Shown here: one piece after another, positions 43,398-53,366 of the stretch
Numbering within the stretch: the first letter of the stretch is position 1
Layout: every line of letters begins with the position of its first letter
Source of the DNA: Paludibacteraceae bacterium
Lineage (GTDB): Bacteria > Bacteroidota > Bacteroidia > Bacteroidales > Paludibacteraceae
Length of the DNA: 64,000 nucleotides
Reading direction: 5' to 3'
Assembly: GCA_036307765.1 (NCBI GenBank)
Contig: JAXJWX010000091.1
Location: 10,472 to 74,471, forward strand
Notes under the pieces: model-generated
Seen by the model: the letters and a program-made list of their open reading frames with translations, nothing else
Told to the model about the DNA's origin: nothing
Databases searched by the model: none
Translations under genes and position numbers: made by a program

Positions 43398-45122
43398 CTA
43401 ATTACCTGATTTGACTATTTCCTCGGCACGAGCGAGGGCACCATTGATATGGTTGCGCACGTTCTCGCGACCGATCTTGTTGACTAATCCAGCTTTGTCC
43501 AGGGTGTTGAACACTTTCTCATTGACACCAGAGAGCACCAGTTGTATGCCATCGCGCTGCAAACGCATATGCAATTGCTCCAGGTTGTGAATACCTGTGG
43601 AGTCGATAAACGACACCTTACGCATACGGATGATACGCACTTTTTGGTCGCCACTATGCGTGCGGCGGCTGATGTCGTCGAACTTGTTGGCGATACCGAA
43701 GAAGTATGGGCCATCAATCTCATATACCTCGGTGTATGGCGGAATCTTGAGGGTCTCAAGGTCTTGACCGTGCAAGCGCAGGTCGTTGTTGTGCGTTGGG
43801 TCGAGTTCGTTGGTAAAGGACTGCACCGTGGTGGACTCGTTGGTACGCTTGATGAAAAGGATAACCGCCAACAACAGTCCCACCTCGATAGCGATCGTGA
43901 GGTCGAAGAGCACGGTCAAAATGAACGTCACAATCATCACCAAGAAATCCGACTTAGGGTTCTTGGCAAGCCATACGATGGAGCGCCACTCCGACATATT
44001 GTAACTCACCATGATCAATATACCCGCCAGACACGCCATAGGTATCAGTCCGACCAGCGGACCAAAAAACAGCAGTACCGCCATGAGCACAATAGCGTGC
44101 ACGATACCTGCCACTGGTGTCTTACCGCCGTTGTTGATATTGGTCATGGTACGCGCGATAGCGCCCGTAGCAGGGATACCGCCAAAGAATGGCACCACCA
44201 CGTTCGCCACACCTTGAGCTATCAACTCGGTGTTGGAGTTATGTCGATCGCCTATCACACCATCTGCCACCATAGCAGAGAGCAAAGACTCAATAGCGCC
44301 CAACATGGCAATGGTGAACGCCGCAGGGAAAAGACTCTGCACCAAGCTCCAGAAGGTCTGACCCTCTGCCAATTCGAAAGAGGGTAAATGTGGCGCAGGA
44401 ATACCGTTAGGGATAGTATAGAGGTCGCCGATGGTCTTGATACTCTCCACGCCCGCATAGCGGCGCAACAGCCATGTAACGAGTGTCATCAGGATGATAA
44501 CTACCAAGGAACCAGGGATTTTCTTGCTGATGCGAGGCATAAAAATCAATATCGCCAACGAGGTGATACCTATACCGAACGCCCACCAGTTGATATCCTT
44601 CCAGTGCTCGGCGTAGCATACCCATTTATGGATAAAATCCGCAGGCACACCCTGGATGTTCATACCAAAGAGGTCGTTCATCTGCGTAGAGAAAATGGTC
44701 AGCGCAATACCTGCCGTGAAGCCCACGATCACAGGATAAGGGACAAACTTAATGATACTGCCCAGCTTGAACACGCCCATGAGGATAAGCATGATACCCG
44801 CCATGATTGTGGCGATGAGCAAGCCCGCGAGTCCGTGCTGCTGAATCACACCATAGATAATCACAATGAACGCGCCCGTAGGACCGCCAATCTGCACTTT
44901 GCTACCACCGAAAGCGGAAATGATAAATCCTGCTATGATAGCCGTAATAAGACCTTCTGCAGGTCCTACGCCAGAGGCGATACCAAAAGCAATAGCCAAT
45001 GGAATAGCCACTACGCCGACGATAATTCCTGCCACAGAGTCTTGCAGCAGTTTTTGCTTGGTGTAGCTCTTCAGCGTGTGGAAGAGCTTAGGTTGAAAAA
45101 CATCGTTGAATGATAGTTTCAT
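43398..45122 (-). CDS. SulP-family inorganic anion transporter with a C-terminal STAS domain
   Basis: 574 aa and polytopic. The STAS-like tail is VRIIRMRKVSFIDSTGIHNLEQL. Confidence 0.85.
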   Translation of the reverse strand: MKLSFNDVFQPKLFHTLKSYTKQKLLQDSVAGIIVGVVAIPLAIAFGIASGVGPAEGLITAIIAGFIISAFGGSKVQIGGPTGAFIVIIYGVIQQHGLAGLLIATIMAGIMLILMGVFKLGSIIKFVPYPVIVGFTAGIALTIFSTQMNDLFGMNIQGVPADFIHKWVCYAEHWKDINWWAFGIGITSLAILIFMPRISKKIPGSLVVIILMTLVTWLLRRYAGVESIKTIGDLYTIPNGIPAPHLPSFELAEGQTFWSLVQSLFPAAFTIAMLGAIESLLSAMVADGVIGDRHNSNTELIAQGVANVVVPFFGGIPATGAIARTMTNINNGGKTPVAGIVHAIVLMAVLLFFGPLVGLIPMACLAGILIMVSYNMSEWRSIVWLAKNPKSDFLVMIVTFILTVLFDLTIAIEVGLLLAVILFIKRTNESTTVQSFTNELDPTHNNDLRLHGQDLETLKIPPYTEVYEIDGPYFFGIANKFDDISRRTHSGDQKVRIIRMRKVSFIDSTGIHNLEQLHMRLQRDGIQLVLSGVNEKVFNTLDKAGLVNKIGRENVRNHINGALARAEEIVKSGN

Positions 45123-45137
45123 ATTATTCTCATTTTT

Positions 45138-45235
45138 AGGTTAGAGGTTAGAGGTTAAAGGCTAAAGGCGGGTAATATGCGGCTGCGCCGCTGCTTCTTG
45201 CCTCTCGCCTTATAGCCTAATAGCCTTTAGCCTAA
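45138..45235. repeat. Intergenic modular repeat, family A, copy 4
   Basis: aggttagaggttagaggttaaaggctaaaggcgggtaatatgcggctgcgccgc, then gcctctcgccttatagcctaatagcc. Confidence 0.85.
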
Positions 45236-45242
45236 TTCTTAC

Positions 45243-46160
45243 TTACTCATTAAATGGGCGCAGCATTTCCTTGGGCGCAGCAGCCTCAAAGCGCACTTTT
45301 TTCTCGGTCATGGGGTGGATAAACTCCAGCACTTTGGCGTGCAGACAGAGGCGGTCAACGGGCGAATACTCGTTGCCGTGTCCATACTTGCGGTCGCCAA
45401 TCACGGGATGCCCCACGCTCTGCATGTGCACACGAATCTGATTGGTGCGACCCGTCTCGAGGTTCAGTTCTACCAAACTCACTGGCAACTGCTGATCGCC
45501 CTCGCCCATAACGGTCGATTTGAGCACCTTGTAGTGCGTCACGGCTTTTTGTCCGCCGTCGTCTTTAGGAGACGAATAGACCATGCCTGTGTGTGGGTCT
45601 TCGGTCAGCCAAGTGGTGATGGTGCCCTCTTTCTGCTCAAACTGTCCCTCTACGAGGGCCACGTAGGTGCGTTTGGTGACCAGTTGTCGCCAATAGGTGC
45701 GCATATACTCTTGCAGTTCAGGGGATTTGGCAAAAACCAGTACACCACTGGTCTCGCGGTCGAGGCGGTGCACCACATGCACGGTGTTGCGTTTGGACTC
45801 TTTCTTGACATACTCTTTGAGGATAGAGTATGCGGTCATCTCGCTGCTCTTGGAGTTGTATGGCACAGTGAGGAGTCCGTTCTTCTTCTCCACAATGATG
45901 AGCGCATCATCTTCGTAGATGATACGCAGTTTGGGGTGACGGAGCTCAATATTGCCACGACCTTGCAGGACTTGTACCACATCGCCCGCCTTGAGCGGAG
46001 TGTCGTGACGAGTTTGAATACCTGCATTGACGGTCACGCGACGTTGACTGAGCAATTGTTTGACACTGGTGCGGGTCATACCGCCCAGTTTAGAGAGCAG
46101 AAAGGGCATCAACTCTGCTGATGCCTCCACTCGAAAAGATGTATCTTGTTTGCGTTTCAT
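45243..46160 (-). CDS. RluA-family pseudouridine synthase with an N-terminal S4 domain
   Basis: 305 aa with the HRLDRETSGVLVFAK catalytic motif. Confidence 0.85.
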   Translation of the reverse strand: MKRKQDTSFRVEASAELMPFLLSKLGGMTRTSVKQLLSQRRVTVNAGIQTRHDTPLKAGDVVQVLQGRGNIELRHPKLRIIYEDDALIIVEKKNGLLTVPYNSKSSEMTAYSILKEYVKKESKRNTVHVVHRLDRETSGVLVFAKSPELQEYMRTYWRQLVTKRTYVALVEGQFEQKEGTITTWLTEDPHTGMVYSSPKDDGGQKAVTHYKVLKSTVMGEGDQQLPVSLVELNLETGRTNQIRVHMQSVGHPVIGDRKYGHGNEYSPVDRLCLHAKVLEFIHPMTEKKVRFEAAAPKEMLRPFNE

Positions 46161-46900
46161 TGTTTGCTAATTTTAATCCATTCTATCGCGGCTTTCACAT
46201 TGATTACCAGCGTGATAAGGAACAGAACAAAGGTGAAAATATTATGCGTTAGCACATATATCACCATACCCGCCAAGGTGTAAATAATCCAGCATATCCA
46301 TGTATCAATCTTCTTGTGAATCATCCAGAAGTTTGCCAAAATGGATGCTGCAATCATGAGGCCACCCATGATTTTGCTGAGTATCTCGTCTCCCAAACGG
46401 TTGCCATCCAACCATGTCACAAACAGGATATCCAGCAGTACGATAACCATCGTAAATATGACATTGAATATTACTCCCTTCACATTGAGCCACGAGGGCA
46501 GAACGTCTTGGTTCTTGGTTCCTGGCTCCTTGCTCCCCAGTGCTTGTTTTCTCCAGCGCAGTAGGGAAGTAGTCTGAAAGGGGATAAACAAGGCTATATG
46601 CAACACCACCAAATCCCAGTTGCCCCACAACGCGAACTGCCATGCCAGCAGTATCGCCATGGTGATAGCCCCCACAAAACCCGTGTAGTTTTTCGGATTT
46701 TGTATCGTCAATACATATGCTGTGCCTGCTACGCTGGCGGGAATACCCACAACGAAAGCCCAATCATGCCACTGCAACAATGTGCCACACAACGCGGGTA
46801 CGCGCCACTCTATTATATATAATATAAGGAATAAGGCGGCATAAATACCCATCGAAATCAGTATTTGCTTGACGAATTCTTTCCACAAAGTCTGTTTCAT
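46157..46900 (-). CDS. pnuC: Nicotinamide riboside transporter PnuC-like membrane protein
   Basis: The start is taken at MKQTLWKEF (ATG 46898-46900). The longer track ORF would read through a repeat, a terminator and the end of rpmE2. The protein is polytopic and has a W-rich PnuC-like central motif. Confidence 0.55.
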   Translation of the reverse strand: MKQTLWKEFVKQILISMGIYAALFLILYIIEWRVPALCGTLLQWHDWAFVVGIPASVAGTAYVLTIQNPKNYTGFVGAITMAILLAWQFALWGNWDLVVLHIALFIPFQTTSLLRWRKQALGSKEPGTKNQDVLPSWLNVKGVIFNVIFTMVIVLLDILFVTWLDGNRLGDEILSKIMGGLMIAASILANFWMIHKKIDTWICWIIYTLAGMVIYVLTHNIFTFVLFLITLVINVKAAIEWIKISKQ

Positions 46901-46954
46901 GATGTGAAGGCGACTGCGTCGCGGTGTAGGGTGTAAAGTGTAAAGGCGGGGGAT

Positions 46955-46988
46955 TAAAAAAGGCGAGCAATATCGCTCGCCTTTTTTG
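46955..46988. terminator. Bidirectional terminator hairpin after the ribosomal protein operon
   Basis: aggcgagc (46961-46968) pairs with gctcgcct (46975-46982), flanked by an A-run and a T-run. Confidence 0.7.
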
Positions 46989-46997
46989 TTTACCGTA

Positions 46998-47252
46998 TTA
47001 GTTACGCTTGCGGTTACCGTAGCGAGACATGAACTTGTCAACGCGACCTGCGGTATCCACGAGTTTAGACTTACCAGTGTAGAATGGGTGACTGGTGTTG
47101 GAGATCTCCAACTTGATCAATGGATAAGTGGTGCCATCGATCTCGATGGTGTCCTTCGTGTTAGCTGTAGAGCGAGAGAAGAACTGTGTGCCATCGGACA
47201 TATCTTTGAAAACTACAATGCGGTAGCTCTCTGGATGAATTCCTTTTTTCAT
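46998..47252 (-). CDS. rpmE2: 50S ribosomal protein L31, type B
   Basis: 84 aa. [10 protein letters not shown]...HPFYTGK is present and the CxxC zinc motif is absent. Confidence 0.9.
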   Translation of the reverse strand: MKKGIHPESYRIVVFKDMSDGTQFFSRSTANTKDTIEIDGTTYPLIKLEISNTSHPFYTGKSKLVDTAGRVDKFMSRYGNRKRN

Positions 47253-47276
47253 AATTCGTTTTCCTTTCTTTAGCGC

Positions 47277-47720
47277 TTATTCAGCAACAACGTTCAACTT
47301 AATTTCAGCCTTAACCTCGCGGTGAAGTTTAGCAGTAGCAGTAGCCTCGCCAAGAGTCTTCACAGCCTCGTCGATAGTGATCACCTTCTTGTCGATCTCG
47401 ATGCCTTGAGCAGCCAAAGCCTCAGATACTTGAGCGGTAGTGATAGTACCGAAGATCTTGCCATCCTCGTTTGCCTTAGCAGAGAGGGTGATAACGGTGT
47501 TAGCCAATTTCTCAGCCAATGCTTGAGCGTCAGCGAGAAGTTTAGCCATCTTGTGCGCTTGTTGCTTGAGGTTCTCAGCCAATTGTTTGCGGTTGCTATC
47601 GTTAGCAATCACAGCCAAACGGTTAGGGATGAGGTAGTTACGACCGTAACCATCTTTTACCTTGATGATATCGTTCTTGTAGCCCAAGTTAGCTACGTCT
47701 TGAATCAAAATTACTTCCAT
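47277..47720 (-). CDS. rplI: 50S ribosomal protein L9
   Basis: 147 aa. MEVILIQDVANLGYKNDIIKVKDGYGRNYLIP. Confidence 0.9.
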   Translation of the reverse strand: MEVILIQDVANLGYKNDIIKVKDGYGRNYLIPNRLAVIANDSNRKQLAENLKQQAHKMAKLLADAQALAEKLANTVITLSAKANEDGKIFGTITTAQVSEALAAQGIEIDKKVITIDEAVKTLGEATATAKLHREVKAEIKLNVVAE

Positions 47721-47757
47721 GATGTTTCCTTTCTGATTAAATAGTTAATGACTCAAA

Positions 47758-48024
47758 TTATTTCATCATATCGGTTACGTATGGGAGCAAAGCCAAGTGA
47801 CGTGCTTTCTTCACGGCTTGAGCCACCTTGCGTTGATACTTCAAGCTTGTACCTGTGATACGGCGAGGCAGGATCTTACCTTGCTCGTTGAGGAACTTCT
47901 TGAGGAACTCAGGATCTTTGTAGTCGATGTACTTGATGCCAGACTTTTTGAAGCGGCAGTACTTTTTCTTCTTTGCCTCGTTGGTCTTTGGGGTCAAATA
48001 GCGGATTTCGTCATTTTGTGCCAT
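47758..48024 (-). CDS. rpsR: 30S ribosomal protein S18
   Basis: 88 aa. [30 protein letters not shown]. Confidence 0.9.
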   Translation of the reverse strand: MAQNDEIRYLTPKTNEAKKKKYCRFKKSGIKYIDYKDPEFLKKFLNEQGKILPRRITGTSLKYQRKVAQAVKKARHLALLPYVTDMMK

Positions 48025-48026
48025 GA

Positions 48027-48383
48027 TTAAGCCTCCTCTTGTTCTACTGGTTTAACATTTGCGTTACGACGCTTTTGAGCGTACTCAAATGCGTACTTGT
48101 CAAGACGGGTAGTGAGGAAACGCAACACGCGCTCATCACGACGGAAAGATGTCTCGAGCTTCGCAATCATCTCAGGTTCTACATCAAATTGCAGCAAGGC
48201 GTAGAATCCCGTTGTTTTGCCTTGGATAGGGTAAGCCAATTTCTTCAAACCCCACTCCTCACGGTTAAGAATGGTACCGCCATTCTCCACGAGAAGTTTC
48301 TCGAATTTGTCAACCGCTTCCTTCATCTGTGGTTCAGACAAAACGGGAGTCAACACGAAAGCGGCTTCGTAATGATTTAACAT
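48027..48383 (-). CDS. rpsF: 30S ribosomal protein S6
   Basis: 118 aa. [19 protein letters not shown], with the rpsF-rpsR-rplI gene order. Confidence 0.9.
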   Translation of the reverse strand: MLNHYEAAFVLTPVLSEPQMKEAVDKFEKLLVENGGTILNREEWGLKKLAYPIQGKTTGFYALLQFDVEPEMIAKLETSFRRDERVLRFLTTRLDKYAFEYAQKRRNANVKPVEQEEA

Positions 48384-48441
48384 AATGTTTGATTAGTTAA
48401 TTAAATTGTTAATAATTAGTTATTTATCACTTTATTCACAA

Positions 48442-48471
48442 CGCCCGCACACAGCAAGCTGTACGCAAACG
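48442..48471 (-). promoter_or_regulatory. Strand-specific 13-bp hairpin in the rpsF 5' leader (candidate r-protein autoregulatory element)
   Basis: The minus-strand RNA CGUUUGCGUACAG-CUUG-CUGUGUGCGGGCG pairs using 5 G-U wobbles, so the stem forms only in the mRNA sense. Confidence 0.35.
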
Positions 48472-48485
48472 CGCGAAAAAGCGTG

Positions 48486-48493
48486 CAAAGGTA
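48486..48493 (-). promoter_or_regulatory. -7 box (TACCTTTG on the minus strand) for the rpsF operon
   Basis: caaaggta lies ~100 nt upstream of ATG 48383. Confidence 0.5.
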
Positions 48494-48541
48494 CTGCTTT
48501 TTTTTGGATTGACCAAATATTTTTTGATTTTTCTGCATTTT

Positions 48542-49228
48542 TTACAAATTTTCCAGCAAAATCGCCTCCATAATCCGATATGCCTCTAGGTTAGGATGCA
48601 CACCATCCGCTGCGTATTTCTTAGGCAAACCGCCATGCTCATCCACCAATGCCGAATAGTAGTCTATATACTTGATTTTGTTGGCTTTGGCATACGCCTC
48701 AATCATCTGGTTGAGGCGCTTAATATCCTCCGCAGGGGTCAAGTTCGGACGCCATTTGAAGGCTGCCGCTGGTAACACCGAGCAGAGCACAGGTTTGATC
48801 TTATTGTATTTCGCCAATTCGCACATCGACTGAATATTCTGCAATATCTGTTCGTGCGCAATATAACCGTTATTCATCGCTATATCGTTCGTGCCCGCCA
48901 TGATGATGACCATTTTGGGATTCAGTGCTACCACATCAGCCTGAAAACGGCTCAGCATTTGCGCCGTCACTTGTCCGCTGATACCACGCCCAACAAAGTT
49001 GTTTTCTGCAAAAAACTCAGGATGTTTACTTGCCCAACCATCGGTAATGGAATTGCCCATCAGCACCGCTGTCGGACGTTTCTTTTTCTTGCGATTTTCT
49101 CCGATTTCATCGGCATTTATCGAATCATTTTGGGCAGCATAGCGCTCGTGTTGCGCCCATGTTTTTTGTGCCACAGCGCCGCAACAGCAAGCAGCAAATA
49201 GCACCATCAAAAAAAGTACTCGTTTCAT
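48542..49228 (-). CDS. SGNH/GDSL-family hydrolase, secreted
   Basis: The start is taken at MKRVLFLMVLFAACCC (ATG 49226-49228). The protein has the LMGNSITDGW block I and AGTND. Confidence 0.75.
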   Translation of the reverse strand: MKRVLFLMVLFAACCCGAVAQKTWAQHERYAAQNDSINADEIGENRKKKKRPTAVLMGNSITDGWASKHPEFFAENNFVGRGISGQVTAQMLSRFQADVVALNPKMVIIMAGTNDIAMNNGYIAHEQILQNIQSMCELAKYNKIKPVLCSVLPAAAFKWRPNLTPAEDIKRLNQMIEAYAKANKIKYIDYYSALVDEHGGLPKKYAADGVHPNLEAYRIMEAILLENL

Positions 49229-49250
49229 AGGTCTAATTGTATTTTTGCTG

Positions 49251-49258
49251 CAAAGGTA
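49251..49258 (-). promoter_or_regulatory. -7 box (TACCTTTG on the minus strand) for the SGNH hydrolase gene
   Basis: caaaggta lies 23 nt upstream of ATG 49228. Confidence 0.5.
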
Positions 49259-49396
49259 CTGCTTTTTTTCGACATACGCAAATTTACGCCAAGCAAGATA
49301 AAAAACTTGCGCGGCAATCAACACCCTACTGTACTCAGAGAAAACTGTTTTTCGAAAAAAATCCCCGTTTTGCTTGCGTATATTCGTTTTTTTTTG

Positions 49397-49404
49397 TACC
49401 TTTG
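49397..49404 (+). promoter_or_regulatory. -7 box (TACCTTTG) for ileS
   Basis: tacctttg on the plus strand lies ~95 nt upstream of ATG 49499. Confidence 0.45.
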
Positions 49405-49498
49405 CAGCGGATTTCGTGCGCATATGCGTAGGTAGAGCGTGCGAACATATTTAGAACGCGAAATATAAACAACTGACAAATAAAACGTTAATAACAAA

Positions 49499-52400
49499 AT
49501 GAAACACTTCAACGAGTACAAACAACTGAACTTGGCAGAGTTGAGCAAGCAGATCCTTGAGCAATGGGAGAAAGAAGACTTGTTCCACAAGAGTATCGAA
49601 ACACGCGAAGGCAACCCTTCGTTCCTCTTCTTTGAAGGTCCTCCTTCAGCAAACGGTATGCCAGGTATTCACCACGTGATGGCTCGTACTATCAAAGATA
49701 CTTTCTGCCGCTTCAAGACCATGCAGGGCTACCAAGTGAAGCGCAAAGCAGGTTGGGATACCCACGGTTTGCCTGTAGAGTTGGGCGTGGAGAAACTGCT
49801 TGGTATCACCAAAGAGGATATCGGCAAGAAAATTAGCGTGGACGAGTACAACGCTGCGTGCCGCCGCGAAGTGATGAAATACACCCAAGAATGGACAAAC
49901 TTGACCAAACAAATGGGCTATTGGGTGGATTTGGAGAATCCGTATATCACTTATGATAATAAGTTTATTGAAACCTTATGGTGGTTGCTGAAGGAGTTGT
50001 ACAAAAAGGGATATTTGTACAAAGGCTACACCATTCAGCCTTACTCGCCTGCGGCGGGTACGGGTTTGTCATCACACGAGTTGAACCAACCAGGTTGCTA
50101 TCGCGATGTGAAGGACACCACGTGTACGGCGCAGTTTAAGGTGAAAGGTGTAGGATTGTGTAGCAGTAGTGTAGAGTTGTGTAGCATTGTTGACAGCGGA
50201 AAATTGTACGCTCTCGCGTGGACGACTACGCCTTGGACATTGCCAAGTAATACGGCGTTGTGCGTAGGTCCAAAGATTGACTATGTGATCGTGAAGGGCG
50301 AGAACCCATATAGTAAGGCGAAAGGCGAAGAGGCGAAAGGCGAAGAAGCATATTACTTGCTCGCAGAGGCTCGTTTGGCTGCGTACGCCAAAGAACTGGG
50401 CGAGGCACCAGAGGTGCTTTGGCGCGGTAAAGGTACTGACCTTGAAGGCGTGCAATACGAGCAGTTGATCCCATGGGCAAATCCAATATCACCCCAAAAA
50501 TCAGCAGATTTTTCGGGGACCCCGAACGAAGGCGCTTTTAAGATTATCTTGGGCGACTATGTGACTACCGAAGATGGTACAGGTATCGTGCATATCGCGC
50601 CTACTTTTGGTGCGGATGACGCTTTCGTAGCGAAGAAGGCGGGTGTACCTGGTATGGTCTTCATTACTAAGAAAGGTGAGCAACGCCCAATGGTGGATAT
50701 GACGGGTAAGTTCTTCAATATCGCCGATTTAGACGAGGATTTTGTGAAGAATCAAGTGGATGTAGCGGCATACGAGCCATGGGCTGGCCGTTATGTGAAG
50801 AATGCCTATGACGCGAACTTGACGGACAAAGACGAGACTTTGGATGTGAGTATATGTATCTGGCTGAAAGGCGAGAACAAAGCGTTCCGCATTGAGAAGC
50901 ATGTGCACAATTACCCACACTGCTGGCGTACCGACAAGCCTGTGTTGTACTATCCACTCGACTCATGGTTTATTCGCTCGACTCAAGCACGCGAAGAGAT
51001 GATGGCACTCAATGAGACCATTAATTGGCAACCAGAGAGCACAGGTACTGGTCGCTTTGGCAAGTGGCTCGAGAACCTCAACGATTGGAACCTCTCTCGC
51101 TCGCGCTACTGGGGCACACCGCTCCCAATCTGGCGCACCGAAGATGGTCAAGAGGAGATTTGCATTGGTAGCATCGCCGAGTTGATGGAGGAGATTGAGA
51201 AGTCTATTAAGGCGGGCTTTATGACTGAGAACCCTTGGCCAAAGCACGAGGTAGGCAACTATAGCAAAGAGAACTACGACCCAAGTGTGATTGATTTGCA
51301 CCGTCCATATGTGGATAATATCATTCTCTGCTCTCCAAGCGGCAAGCCAATGAAGCGCGAGTTGGACCTCATTGACGTATGGTTTGACTCAGGCGCTATG
51401 CCTTACGCACAAAACCACTACCCATTTGAGAATCAAGACGCACCACGCACAGCGGACTTTATCTCTGAGGGTGTGGACCAAACACGCGGATGGTTCTTTA
51501 CCTTGCACGCTATCCATACGATGATTGAGGGCAGCGTGGCATACAAGAATGTGATTAGCAACGGACTTGTACTCGATAAGAACGGCAACAAGATGTCCAA
51601 ACGCTTGGGCAATGCAGTGGATCCATTCGGTGCGTTGGATAAGTACGGCGCAGACGCTGTACGTTGGTATATGTTGACCAACTCCAGCCCATGGGAGAAC
51701 CTGAAGTTCGACCCAGAAGGTGTGGACGAGATTCGCCGTAAGTTCTTCGGCACTCTGTATAATACATACGGATTCTTCGCGCTCTACGCCAATGTGGATG
51801 GTTGGAGAGGCGATGAGGCGAAAGGCAGGGAGGCAAGCCTCACCGAGATTGATAAATGGGTGTTGAGCAAGTTGAATTCGCTCGTGAAAGAAGTGACCGC
51901 AGCTTACGAGGCGTACGAGCCAACGAAGGCAGGTCGCGCTATCTCGGACTTCGTGCAAGACGACCTGAGCAACTGGTATGTTCGATTGAACCGCAAGCGT
52001 TTCTGGGGTGGTGAGATGGATGCAGACAAGCAAGCGGCATACTATACCCTCTACACCTGCCTCAAGACCGTTGCCCAACTCATGGCGCCTAACGCACCAT
52101 TCTATGGCGACCGCCTCTACCGTGACTTGACAGGTGAGACAGTGCATTTGAGCACATGGCCTGTAGCTGACGAAGCGATGATTAACTTAGAGTTGGAGCG
52201 CAGTATGTCGCTCGCACAGCAAGCGACATCGATGATTTTGAGCTTGCGCAAGCGTGCCGAGAAGAACGTGCGCCAACCACTACAGAAAGCCGTTATTCCT
52301 GCGCCAGACCAAGAGACATTGGAGGCGTTGCTTCGCGTAGAAGACCTCATTAAGAGCGAGGTGAATGTCAAGGAACTAGTTATCGTGCGTGCCGAGGATT

Positions 52401-52924
52401 CCGAGATTAAACTCGTGAAAAAGATCAAACCAAACTTCAAGGTGTTGGGTAAGAAAGTCGGCGGTATGATGAAGCAACTGGCTGCTGCCATCGCGCAAAT
52501 GAGCCAAGACGATATTGCCACCTTTGAAACCTCTGGAACTTTTGAACTTTGCGACTACGCGCTTGTCGCAGAGGATGTGGATATTATTACCGAAGATATG
52601 CCAGGTTGGCTCGTAGCCAACAATGGCACTATCACCATTGCCCTTGACATTGAGCTCACCCCTGCATTGATTGAGGAAGGTATCGCACGCGAACTCATCA
52701 ACCGTATCCAGAACCTGCGCAAGTCCTCTGGCCTGGAGATCACCGACCGCATCGCCGTGCAACTGGAGAACCGCGAGGAGATTGCCGCTGCGGTGACGAA
52801 CTGCAACGACTATATCGCTTCGCAAGTCCTTGCGACCTCACTCGTTTTGGTGGATGGCTTGACCGATGGCACCGCCCTTGAAATGGATGGATACAATGTG
52901 CAATGTATCATTAACAAAGCATAA
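49499..52924 (+). CDS. ileS: Isoleucine--tRNA ligase (type 2)
   Basis: 1141 aa with PSANGMPGIHH (HIGH) and KMSKRL (KMSKS). Confidence 0.95.
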   Translation: MKHFNEYKQLNLAELSKQILEQWEKEDLFHKSIETREGNPSFLFFEGPPSANGMPGIHHVMARTIKDTFCRFKTMQGYQVKRKAGWDTHGLPVELGVEKLLGITKEDIGKKISVDEYNAACRREVMKYTQEWTNLTKQMGYWVDLENPYITYDNKFIETLWWLLKELYKKGYLYKGYTIQPYSPAAGTGLSSHELNQPGCYRDVKDTTCTAQFKVKGVGLCSSSVELCSIVDSGKLYALAWTTTPWTLPSNTALCVGPKIDYVIVKGENPYSKAKGEEAKGEEAYYLLAEARLAAYAKELGEAPEVLWRGKGTDLEGVQYEQLIPWANPISPQKSADFSGTPNEGAFKIILGDYVTTEDGTGIVHIAPTFGADDAFVAKKAGVPGMVFITKKGEQRPMVDMTGKFFNIADLDEDFVKNQVDVAAYEPWAGRYVKNAYDANLTDKDETLDVSICIWLKGENKAFRIEKHVHNYPHCWRTDKPVLYYPLDSWFIRSTQAREEMMALNETINWQPESTGTGRFGKWLENLNDWNLSRSRYWGTPLPIWRTEDGQEEICIGSIAELMEEIEKSIKAGFMTENPWPKHEVGNYSKENYDPSVIDLHRPYVDNIILCSPSGKPMKRELDLIDVWFDSGAMPYAQNHYPFENQDAPRTADFISEGVDQTRGWFFTLHAIHTMIEGSVAYKNVISNGLVLDKNGNKMSKRLGNAVDPFGALDKYGADAVRWYMLTNSSPWENLKFDPEGVDEIRRKFFGTLYNTYGFFALYANVDGWRGDEAKGREASLTEIDKWVLSKLNSLVKEVTAAYEAYEPTKAGRAISDFVQDDLSNWYVRLNRKRFWGGEMDADKQAAYYTLYTCLKTVAQLMAPNAPFYGDRLYRDLTGETVHLSTWPVADEAMINLELERSMSLAQQATSMILSLRKRAEKNVRQPLQKAVIPAPDQETLEALLRVEDLIKSEVNVKELVIVRAEDSEIKLVKKIKPNFKVLGKKVGGMMKQLAAAIAQMSQDDIATFETSGTFELCDYALVAEDVDIITEDMPGWLVANNGTITIALDIELTPALIEEGIARELINRIQNLRKSSGLEITDRIAVQLENREEIAAAVTNCNDYIASQVLATSLVLVDGLTDGTALEMDGYNVQCIINKA

Positions 52925-52928
52925 CAAT

Positions 52929-53348
52929 ATGAAAACAAGCACTAAACTATTTGGCATTTTAGCCATTATCGCTATAGCCATGACCTCTTGCTTTGGTCCA
53001 AGCGAGGAACCTACTTTTGCGGAGAACGACCTACTCGGTTTGTGGCAAGAGAAAGGCACGGAAGCATATGTGCGTTTCACTAGCGAGAAAGACGACACGG
53101 GCAAATACAAATACGGTCGCGAGTGGGACAGCGAAGATAGGTCTGAGTCTGAGCTCCTACCTTACGGCAATGGTTGGTTCAAATACAAACTCAAGAAAAG
53201 CGACCTCACTGAAATTCACCTCATGGACAACGGTGGCGCTTTAGTACTTAAAGTATATGTTGTCACCAAACTCACCGCTGGCGACTTGGAGTACAAAGAC
53301 AATGTCGGCACAACGCACGTGTTTGAGAAAGTATTAGAAGTAAAATAA
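52929..53348 (+). CDS. Small lipoprotein
   Basis: The start is taken at MKTSTKLFGILAIIAIAMTSCFG (lipobox). 139 aa. Confidence 0.5.
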   Translation: MKTSTKLFGILAIIAIAMTSCFGPSEEPTFAENDLLGLWQEKGTEAYVRFTSEKDDTGKYKYGREWDSEDRSESELLPYGNGWFKYKLKKSDLTEIHLMDNGGALVLKVYVVTKLTAGDLEYKDNVGTTHVFEKVLEVK

Positions 53349-53366
53349 CCCACAATCAAAACTGGT

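Noticed and set aside
42692-45113. Long antisense ORFs in the phoA and sulP genes (42692-43261, 43542-44387 and 44388-45113). Similar ones lie in ileS (51389-52147), the M3 peptidase gene (57921-58769) and the amidase gene (63207-63947).
   Set aside because: They are shadow ORFs opposite well-supported genes. Their translations are Arg/His/Val-rich with no motifs.
2269-49423. Longer N-terminal extensions given by the ORF track for five genes (2269-3573, 3683-5149, 40791-41954, 46157-47041 and 48542-49423)
   Set aside because: In each case the extension overlaps a -7 promoter box, a repeat or terminator, or the upstream gene. A downstream ATG gives a proper signal peptide, lipobox or coupled start.
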